Part shown: one piece after another, positions 39,020-49,430 of the stretch
Numbering within the stretch: the stretch's first letter is position 1
Layout: each line of letters starts with the position of its first letter
Source of the DNA: Lama glama
Taxonomy: Eukaryota
Length of the DNA stretch: 64,000 nt
Assembly: GCA_028534125.1 (NCBI GenBank)
Contig: CM052817.1
Coordinates: forward strand, 59,956,001-60,020,000
Reading direction: 5' to 3'
Notes under the pieces: model-generated
Told to the model about the DNA's origin: nothing
What the model saw: the letters and a program-made list of their open reading frames with translations, nothing else
Database searches by the model: none
Made by a program: the position numbers and the translations under genes

Positions 39020-39555
39020 ATGTATTTAACTTTTATAATCTTTGATGAAAATGTAGATTTCATTATACAATTGCTTTACTTTAAGTATTCTATATTAAAA
39101 TTTATAAATGTACCACAAAACAAAACCAATGGATGGAAAATGTATCAAAGAAATACCAACAACAACAAAAAACAGAGTAAGCTATTTTGTTATAAGGCAA
39201 AATGTCATTAAAGCATAAAATATTGATAAGCAGAAAAAATTTCAGTAATAAAAGAAATGATACAGATAAAATAATTATAAATGTGTATGCATGCAAAAAC
39301 CATTGTTAAATATATAAAGCAAGTGCTGATATGATTACAAGAAGAAATCAAGAAACAAATCATTGGAAAAATTTCAACACATCTCTTTTTAAAAATGATT
39401 AAACCAACAAAAATTAGTTAGGATGTTGATAATGCAGCCACCATTAACCAGCATCATTAAAAAGATTTGTTGAGTATAATTCAGTCAGTGAATATAATAG
39501 GTTATTTTTAAGTAAATATGGAAAATTTTGATATCCTCTTACGTTAATAAAGTAG
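39020..39555 (+). mobile_element. Ancient L1 ORF2 endonuclease-region fragment
   Basis: ataattataaatgtgtatgca..aaatatataaagcaa..cattggaaaaatttcaacacatctc resembles degenerate L1 EN coding sequence. Confidence 0.6.
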
Positions 39556-39602
39556 CATACCATATTGATTTCTGTATATTGATCAATATAATTTCTGTAT
39601 AT

Positions 39603-41560
39603 TGATCATTATACAGAAATATTTTGCATTTGTATACACTAGTAATGAACTTTCAGAAAGAAAAATTAAGGAAACAATTCCATTTACAATTGGATCAAAA
39701 AGAATAAAACAGCAAGGAACAAATTTAACCAAAGAAATAAAAGGCATGTACTCTGAAAACTATAAAACATTGCTTGAAGAAATTGAATACCACAGAAATA
39801 AATGAAAAAATATACAGTGTTCATGGATTAGAAGAATTAATATTGTTAAAATATCCATTTTACCCAAAGCAACTTACATATTCAGTGCAATCCCTATCAA
39901 AGTACCAGTGGCATTTTTCACAGAACTGAAACAAATTATCCTAAAATGCACGTGGAACCACAAAAAGAGCCCAGGTAGCCAAAGCAATCTTAAAAAAGAA
40001 GAACAAAGCTGAAGGTATTATGCTCCCCAATTTCAAATTTTAATGTAGAGCTAGTAGTAATCAAAACTATATGTTACTGACACAAAAGCAGACATACAGA
40101 TCATGGAACAGAATATAGAGCTCAGAAATAGAACCGTACTTATATGGTCAATTAGTTTATGCCAGAGGAGCCAAGGATATAGAGTGGGGAAAAGACAGTC
40201 TCTTCAATAAATGATACTGGGAAAACAAAGCTACATGCAAAAGAGTGAAACTGAATTGCTTTCTTACACCATATACAAAAATTAACTGAAAATGGTTTAA
40301 AGACTTTTAAGTCTTTAATAAGATTGTAAGACCTGAAACCATAAAACTTCTAGAAGAAAGCATAGGCAGTACATATTTTGACATCAGTCTTAGCAATATT
40401 TTTTGAATCTCTCCTCAGGCAAGGGAATCAAAAACAAAAATAAAACAAGAAGGTCTACATCAAACAAAAAAGCTTTTGCTCAGTGAAGGAAACCATCAAC
40501 AAAACGAAAAGACAACCTAGTGAATGAGAGAAGATATTTGTAAATGATATATCTGATAAGGGTTAATATTCAAAATATAAAGGAACTCAAACAACTCAAA
40601 TTAAAAACACAGTAACAATCCAATTTAAAAAATGGAATAGACATTTTCCCAAGGAAGACCTGCAGATGGCCAACAGATACATGACAATCTACTCAACATC
40701 ATTAATCATCAGGGAAATGCAAGTCAAAGCCACAATGAGTTATCACTTCAGAATATCACTGTCAGAATAGCTGTTATGAAAAAAACAACAGAAAACAAAT
40801 GTTGGTGAGGATGTAGAGAAAAGGGGTGTGCACTGTTGGTAAGAATGTAAATTGGTGTGGCCACTATGGAAAACAGTATGGAAGTTCCTCAAGAAATAAG
40901 AATAGAACTACCATAGCAATTCCACTTCTCAGTATTTATCCAAAGAAAACAAAAACACTAATTTGAGAATATATATGCCCCACTATGTTCATTATTCATT
41001 ACATTACTATTTGTAATAACTGAGATACAGAAGTAACTGAAGTGTTCATCAATACATAGATGGATAAGGATGTGTTGTATATATATAATGTAATATTAAT
41101 CATAAAAAATGAAACTTTACCATTTGTGATAACATGGATAAGCCTGGAAGATATTATGCTAAGTGAAATAAGTCAGACAGAGAAAGACAAGTACTTTATG
41201 ACTTTACTTATCTGTGGAATCTAACAAAACAAAGCAAAGAAACAAAGCAAAACAGGAACTGACCAATAGATACAGACAACAAACGGGTGGTCACCACAGG
41301 GGAGAGGGTTGAATGAAATAGGCAAATGGGATTAAGAAGTACACAATTCTAGCTATAAAATAAATCAGTGGGATGTAGTATAAAGGATAAGTAATATAGT
41401 CAATAATAATGTAATAACTTTGTATGGTGTCGGATGGTTACTAGACTTGTGGTGATCAATTTATAATATGTATAAATGTTGAATCACTATGTTTTACACT
41501 TTAAACTAATATGATACTGTATGTCAACTATACTTCAGTAACAAAAAAAGAAAAAGAAAA
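39603..41560 (+). mobile_element. 5'-truncated L1 (ORF2 RT/C-terminus, 3' UTR, A tail)
   Basis: ORF 39602..39805 (QKYFAFVYTSNELSERKIKETIPFTI..NLTKEIK..YSENYKTLLEEI) is L1 ORF2; continuous L1 sequence to the A-rich tail at ~41540-41560; possible TSD core GTAGCATA at ~39552 and ~41563. Confidence 0.95.
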
Positions 41561-42207
41561 GTGTAGCATATTGTTTATGTAAACTTTAAAAACATGAAAA
41601 ATATTTCTATATATTTTAAGCTTACTTACATAAAAGTATAAAGTCTCACGTCTGATTTCAGAGATGGGTTACATTTGGGGTCTAGAGAGGTTATCTTTGG
41701 TTACTAGGGGAGGATGGAAATAATAAAAGTGAAGTCATATTTGGATGCTAGAAATGTTTTTATTATTATTTAAGGATAATCTCAATATAATGGAAATCAA
41801 GCTGCATAACACAATTTTAATAATAGTAAGTATAAATTCGTTTAAATGAGAATGTGAAATTTTTCCCCAGCCCCATTCCAGTCTTTCTTTTTTGCTCTGT
41901 CTTACATAGCAAGGACGTTGTGTTAGCATTCTCTTGAATTTAATGGAACTGTATTTGTTCCATTACAGTGATCAAATGATATTACAACGGACAGATGGCA
42001 GTCCCAATTATATGTGTTTTTCATGAACAGAAGTTAGTTAAAATTGTGAACAAGGATCTAACTACAAATGTCTGTGAAAGTGGCTTGTTATACTGCAACA
42101 TGTCCCTGAAGGTATTTCTAAAGCAGTTTTATCTACTCTAAAGTAGGTGACATATTACAAAGCCAGAGAAATGTTTATGGTTGTCATAAAATTTTTAGAT
42201 ATATGGA

Positions 42208-42275
42208 ATATCCTAAATGAAACATATTTTATAATGAAGATATATCCTAAATGAAATGTATTTTATAATCAAGAT
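42208..42275. repeat. 34-bp tandem duplication
   Basis: ATATCCTAAATGAAACATATTTTATAATGAAGAT / ATATCCTAAATGAAATGTATTTTATAATCAAGAT (3 differences). Confidence 0.9.
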
Positions 42276-42787
42276 ACATGTCATTTATTTTGATTCCTGA
42301 CATATTTTATTTACAGTGACAGTTTTCTGAAACCAGTGTCCCAAGCTTTATAATCACTACTAATATTATCAAAGTTAATATAATTAAACACAGTGATGTA
42401 TCTAATTGCTGGAATATCAGTAATATAATTAACCCACATAAATCTTATTTATTTCATTTATAAAATGATGAATTTATTTTACTGAAGCTTACTTAAGTGA
42501 ATAAATGATTATCAAAATTTAATTTTCCAAATCTAAATGTTTTACTAGTATACAAAGATTCTACTTACATTTGCCAAGTGTCTATTCTGTATAAACATTG
42601 TGCTGAATTGGGTAGTGGTTGGAGAGGAGAGGGGTTAATTACTGGTTGCAAAGATAAATAAGATAGGGTTGATATTCTTAAGGAGTTTACTGTGACTTGG
42701 TGAAGGAGATAGATAAGTGAAAGGTACTAAAGCGAAAAATATGGTAGAAAACTGGGTTAACTTCCTGGAAGAATCAGGGAAGGGTGA

Positions 42788-42788
<1 letters not shown>

Positions 42789-42827
<39 letters not shown>

Positions 42828-42870
42828 ATATATAATATATGACACATATCATATATATATATATAATATA
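42789..42870. repeat. (TA)n microsatellite and TA-rich tract
   Basis: Direct reading. Confidence 0.95.
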
Positions 42871-43769
42871 TGAAACAATACAGACAAAAATATATACTAT
42901 TCAGTCTCATGTGTGCTGCTAAAATACCTCAAGATTTTAAACATACAATGTTTATTATTGTAATGGATTAATTTGGTTTGAGTTACATGCTGGAATTTTC
43001 TTAGAGTTTACAGTTTTTTTAAATGCCTGTAGACTTATATGATATGGGTATTTGCAAGTTTATGAGCATATAATTTTAATTTTCCAGGTTCCAAATTCAC
43101 TATGAGATGGGAACAGGGAACTGTAATTCATCCGTCTTAGAATCCCACTTTCCTTATTCTTCCACCTATTCCCACCATCTTCACTTAGACAGTTCTTGAT
43201 ACTGTTAAGCTCTGCCCAGTACATTAAAGTAAAACAGTTAGTTCAACCCCTTCAAAGAACTGAGGCCTAATTTGCACCATATATGGCATAGAAGTTGTTC
43301 AATGCTACCTTCTCCTCTTAATGATGGTACAATAGTATCTTATAATAGTTAGTGATAAGTAGATACAAAAATGCATTTACCTTTTGTAGAAAAATGATAA
43401 GCTGAATGCCCCTGTCAAGTTTCCCTTTCATCTTGATGAAGTTTCTTTTCTCGTTGCTTAAAGATTAAGTTTGATCATTGAGATTAACCCATTTAGTTAG
43501 CTGGAGGGAGCTTCATTCCTGCTTAAATTCAAGCATTTATAACCCACAGGCTACCTACAATTAACTCTGAGGCTTAAAGAAAACACATGACTGCAAAATA
43601 TTATTTTAACACATTCCTGGATCAACATCCAGAAATACATCCTAATTGACAATGGCAAAATATAAAAGTAAAATATTCCTACTACTCCTAGTAACAGCTT
43701 TGTTTAAAATGGTATTCTGGTGTTTCCAAGTGGAAATTATTTTGTTATTTGCTTGACTATTAAGCCTAA

Positions 43770-45179
43770 AGATCTTTACAACAGCAGACTTTATTATGTA
43801 CTTCTAATATTATCAGATGTCAGGTACATTGGGCGTAGAAGGCAGATTCTTAGGTTTTGTTGCTTTGGCAACCAGTCTTGCTCTTGGTAGTCCTTGTCGA
43901 GTTGAATTTCTGGCTTCTGAAAATTTAGTAAAATTCTTCCTAGATTCAAATCAGCCACATTTCCTATAGCTGTAAAACAACTGATCATTCACTAAAGCAT
44001 TCATCAAGCTGTACTTTAAGAGAAATACACCTCTTGATATTTGTGATTGTACCCAATTTGGATACAAATAACAATCATTTCATATGATGCTTTTCTAATA
44101 CTTGAAATTATTTTTACAAAAATATTCTTGATGTATTATTTCCAAGGTATACTGATTTGTGATATGAATGCTGTATTTTTCATGTCTTTCAAAAGATTTT
44201 ATATTTAAGTAATTGAGAAGCCTGTTTAAATTGAAAAATGTGTCAGAAGTTTAATATCTTGCTTCTTTACATTAAGGAGTCATGCTCTAGCATTTTCAAA
44301 AAGTTTGGGTCATTTAGCCTAGGTTTTGAATTATTTTAAACTTTTTTGGGATTTCATTTCTCCCTTGTCATTATTATAAGTTAGGTCACTTTAACTTTTT
44401 TTTTTCACATAAGGCCATAATTTGATAAACTTTGAGTAAGTTAGATATTAACTACATGGCTGTCCAAAATCTTCCACCTCCCTGGACTTGTATCATGTCC
44501 TTTGAGATTTAAACAGAATGGACTCAGCCATTCATTGCATGTTTCCACAAACTGTAGAAATTCCTTGCAGGGCAGGGACTAAGGGACTGCTAATGTCTCT
44601 TCTCTTTCTTAGTCAGTTATGGTTGAAATCATTTGCTTTTTGAAGGACATCAACTCACTGGGTCCAGCCTTGACTACTAGTCTTATTATAATATATACAT
44701 ACATATATGTACAAATTTATTGATCCATATCCTTAAAATTAATGGACTTTATTTTATGTAAATTATAAATCAGTAACAAAGTCACTAAAAAATGGATCAT
44801 TCCATTTCTTAGTACCCTCATTTGAAGTTTTGTTAACTTGATGTTTCCAATTTAAAAAACCTTATTTTCCTGATTTAATCAGATTCTTCCAAACCATAGC
44901 ACTAATATATGACTTACTTAGAGTTTCTTGGGTTTTGACCTTGTCTGGAAAACTAATAATAATTGGAGTGAAATCTACTTTATAATGACAATATAGAGAA
45001 GTAGGGGCCAAAATAGTTTTAAAAAATATCCAAATCATTGGCTTATAAAAAATTACCTGAACTTCATTGTTTGCTACCTGCAAAGGCTATCCTCTTGTGT
45101 TTCCTTCAGTCAGGGTGGAGATAATTAGTGAGTCAGTAAAGTGGAATATGCACCACGTTCCATCCTCATCTTCTGAGAT
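43770..45179 (-). other. Candidate spliced transcript 3' end (three exon-like segments plus polyA signal); lncRNA, pseudogene or small gene unknown
   Basis: Minus-strand AG/GT-bounded segments 45057-45179 and 44918-44944, then a terminal segment from 43916 (or 43969) to AATAAA at 43790-43795. No product recognised. Confidence 0.35.
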
Positions 45180-45339
45180 CTGATTAGTTAGTATTAAATA
45201 GAAATAATTTTTTACTGAAAACATCCTTACAGGATTTTTTTCACCTTGTATTTTAAATCTCATATTAGCCAATAATTATATTATTTTTAAAAATCTATAA
45301 ATACATTTGTTTATATGTAACTTTACAGAGTTTTGCTAC

Positions 45340-45540
45340 TTTATTACACAAGGAGAAACAAATAACACACACAAACAGGTAACCAAAGACTTTAGAATGA
45401 AAGGACTATTTACAGAAATGTGGGAAGGGGAACCTCAGGGCAAGCAACAATAGGGCACTGCCACTGTCCATAGGCCTGAGGTGCAGAAGCAAGGAGAGGT
45501 AGTGGGTGCTGAAATCTGGAATGAACCACAGCCTTGGTCA
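45340..45540 (-). mobile_element. MLT1-like (MaLR) LTR fragment interrupted by L1
   Basis: tttagaatgaaaggactatttacagaaatgtggg..gccactgtccataggcctgagg resembles old MLT1-type LTRs in reverse. Confidence 0.45.
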
Positions 45541-45554
45541 GAAGTACAAGACCA

Positions 45555-46172
45555 TACTGAGCATATTTTCATGTGCTTGTTGGCTATTTGTATGTCTTCC
45601 TTGGAGAATTGCTTAGTATGTCTTCTGCCCGTTTTTGGATTGGGTTTTGTTGTTGTTGTTGTTGTTAAGTTGTATGAGCTGTTTATATATTCTGGAAATT
45701 AAATTTTTGTCAGTCACATCATTGGCAAATATTCTCTCCCATTCCATAGTTTATCATTTTGTTTTGCTTATGGTTTCCTTTGCTGTGCAAAAGCTTGTAA
45801 GTTTAGTTAGGTCCCATTTGTTAATTTTTACTTTTATTTCTGTTGCCTGGGTAGACTGCCTTAGGAGATCATTGCTTAGATTTATGTCAGAGATTTATGT
45901 CAATGTTTTGCCTCTGTTTTCTTCTGGAAGATTTATCATGTCTTGTCTTATACAAAGTCTTTACGGTAGTTTGAGTTTATTTTTGTGTATGGTGTGAGAG
46001 AGTGTTCTAACTTCATTGATTTACATGCATCTGCCCAGTTTTCCCAACATCACTTGCTGAAGAGACTGTTTTTTCTCCATTGTATATTCTTGCTCCCTTT
46101 GTTAAGATTAATTGACTGTAGATCTGTGAGTTTATTTCTGGGCTCTCTATTCTGTTTCATTGATCAGTATGT
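45555..46172 (-). mobile_element. Inverted 5' part of a young L1 (ORF2 segment)
   Basis: Antisense ORF2 sequence from tactgagcatattttcatgtgc to tgatcagtatgtc, directly after TSD copy 45540-45554. Confidence 0.92.
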
Positions 46173-47005
46173 CATGCAGATCAAAGCTATAATGAGGTAT
46201 CACCTCACACCAGTCAGAATAGCCATCATTAAAATGTCCATGAACGATAAATGCTGGAGAAGATTTGGAGGAAAGGGAGCCCTCCTACACTGCTGGTGAG
46301 AATGTAATATGGTGCAGATATTATGGAAAATAGTACAGAGATTCCTCAAAAAAGTAAAAATAGACTTACCATATGATCCAGCAATCCCACTCCTGGGCAT
46401 ATGCCCAGAGGGAACTCTAATTAAAAAAGATACATGCACCCCAATGGCAGCACTATATACAATAGCCAAGACGTGAAAGCAACCTTAATGTCCATCAACA
46501 GATGTCTGGATAAAGAAGTCATGGTATATTTATACAATGGAATACTACTCAACCATAAAAAAGGATAAAATCATGCCGTTTGCAGCAACATGGATGGTCC
46601 TGGAGATCATCATTCTAAGTGAAGTAAGCTTGAAAGAGAAAGAAAAATACCATATAATATCACTCATATGTGAAATCTAAAAAAGAAAAAAAGCGGACAC
46701 TAATGAACTCATCTACAAAACAGAAACAGACTTGCAGACATAGTAAACAATCTCATGGGGAATAGGGAGTGGGAGGGGTTAAATTTAGGAGTGTTGAGAT
46801 TTGCAAATCTTAGCCAGCCACTATATATATAAAATCAGATAAAAAATAAATTTCTTCTGTACGGCACAGGAAACTATATTCAATATCTTGTAATAACCTA
46901 TTATGAAAACAAATATATGTATGTATATGCATGACTGGGACATTGTGCTGTATACCAGAAACTGACACATTGTAACTGACAATACTTCAGTTACAAAAAA
47001 GAAAA
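46173..47005 (+). mobile_element. Sense 3' part of the same young L1 (ORF2 C-terminus, 3' UTR, A tail)
   Basis: [26 protein letters not shown]2 motif, 3' UTR matching 33090-33495, A-rich tail ~46990-47005. Confidence 0.93.
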
Positions 47006-47020
47006 AGAGGTACGAGGCCA

Positions 47021-47258
47021 AGATAAACAAATTCATACTATATAGCACAGGGAAATATATTCAATATTTTGTAGTCACTTGTGAAAAAGAATATGAAAAT
47101 CAATATATGTGTGTTTATATGTGACTGAAGCATTATGCTATATACCAGAAATTGAGATGGCATTCTAACTATACTTGTGACTATACTTCAGGAAAAAAAT
47201 TATATATATATAATTAAATAAATATATATAAGTATATAAATAAATATATATATATAAA
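47021..47258 (+). mobile_element. Second short L1 3'-end insertion with a TA-rich decayed tail
   Basis: agataaacaaattcatactatatagcacagggaaatatattcaat..ataccagaaattga..gactatacttca; bounded by TSD-like copies at 47006-47020 and 47259-47273. Confidence 0.85.
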
Positions 47259-49089
47259 AGAAGTACAAGGCCAGAGCTAAACTGCCATACTCATTGTGCT
47301 GTATTTAGTAATCACCTATATTCTGTTTGACTGATGATACTGTATTCCGAAGAGAATACAGTGAATTTTCAAAGTTAACTTTAATGTTAATGTAATGTTT
47401 CAAAGTTAACTCTGGACTGAGGCCCCAAATCCTTATTTGAATAATAGCTAAGATTACATTTGACATAAGAAAATCATATGTGGAGTGACTGCAGTTGTCA
47501 AGGGAAACTTTTCATTCTAAGATATTTTTGGTTCCCATCATCACACACACCAGTGCTAGAAAGTCATTATTGCTGCAAAAGTATCACTTTCCAAGGTTCT
47601 CAACTATACTACCTACTTATACACAAAGTCTTTATATACATATATTTCATAGTTTGGCAAAGATTAAGTGTATCTTAAGAAAATATACTTACTGTCTAGA
47701 ATTTTGTAGAAATGCTGATATTCTGTTTTAATAATTGAAAATAAAATCTTTTGTGAGGTAGGAGAGAACTGTTGTTTTAATTTTTATAAAGAAATAAACT
47801 AGAAAAAAAATTCACCCAAAATTATCTGACTCATGGTATTATTGTAAAGTGGCTTTTAACTTTTGAATGTTAGTCACTATTCCAATTCTTCCATGAGTTG
47901 CCTAATATTTTTGAAACAGAATTAAGTTACAGAAATTAAGGATTTCACTTTTTTCTTTCAAAATAATGAAATTTTTTAAAAAAAACTTCATGTAAGAAAA
48001 AAATTAGAGAAATAAATGTCAAGTTATTTGCGTGTAAGGGAAGAATTCCATGTGAGTTCCATTTTAGATTTTTAAAAAAATTTCTATTACTAATAATACA
48101 GCTTAGCAACTTGTCATTTAAATGTATACTTGCTCTGTCATTAAACTATTAAACATCATAAAATATCTTTTAATATATCTTTCATATAGTCTATTTCATA
48201 AAATAACCATAATGTTCTTCCAAGTGAAGATTATGGGAAAGTAAATGTTCTTACTTTTAAAATAAGTTTTTCTAGTCTCTGTATCATTTATCAATCCATC
48301 AGCATAATTTTTCCAGAATAACATTCTCTTAAGTAAAATCTCCTACTTAATAATTCAAAAGAATATAACTTTCTTAATGCTTCTTTGGCCTTCTTTTTCA
48401 ACACATGTTAATTTATATTTTCAAAATGTTATTACAGTTTTAAACCAGTATTGGGTGTGCACTGATAATATAATCACAATAGCATTGGGAGAGAAAGTGT
48501 CTAGAGGAACAGTTGGAAAGATGAAAATTTTGACATTTTAGGACTAGATTGTGTAACATATAGAAATGTAGAAAGTATAGAAATATATAGGATGTATTAC
48601 ATGTTAAGTTTATAGAAGGGTAATCTCTTCTGTTTCTAAATCTAAATCTTTGCTCCTTCTCTCTCATATTGTTTTTCATTTGGCTTGAAAATAGAAACAA
48701 CTTTCAGGAAACAGTGATCACAGCTGGTAAATGTAGAGAATTTCAAACAATTGCTTTCAGTGACCTTTCCTGATTCACAGTTCTATGTTTCTTGATTTTA
48801 TAAATCAACTTAAAGTAAAATTTATATAAATTCTGTGGTATGATATTCCATAATTACGCTTTAAAGAATATTTGAGCTTAACCATCTTCCCCCAAATCTA
48901 AGTGTAATGACTTCTGATTTAAAAATCTCTGTAGATATAGGCTTTCATATACATATGCCGTTGATTTGCTCACTTTATTTCTGTTTTTTTAATTTTCCAT
49001 TTTTTGGAAAACAAGTTTATTTTAATTTTATGTGTTGAAAATAAATTTTAATAAAAATGTTTTCCTGGGTAGTAACTTGTAATTAATTG

Positions 49090-49430
49090 CATTGCACATT
49101 GCCACATATGATACCATTCACTCTTTCATCTAATCTTTATCACAGTCCTGTGAGATGAAGAGGAAATGGTTATATCCCCATTTTATGTTTTAGAAAACTG
49201 GGTCTCACAGTCATTAGGGACATAAAGTTAAAAGCTAAGTTAAATTTCATTTAAAACTGAGGACTGGTAGCTAGGTCTAGTTGGATTCTAACAGGCTTAT
49301 GCTCAATGAAACAGAGTATGATACTTGACGTATTTTTTTTCTTTCGATTAATTCAACTTAAATAATAGCTATTAAATGCTTACTAGGTTAAAGTACTGTG
49401 AAGAGTAAAACAGTTGTATAATATAGGTTA
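49090..49430 (-). mobile_element. MIR followed by L2 3' fragment
   Basis: cacagtcctgtgagatg..atccccattttat..agaaaactgggtctca (MIR); ttaattcaac..ctattaaatgcttactagg (L2). Confidence 0.65.
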
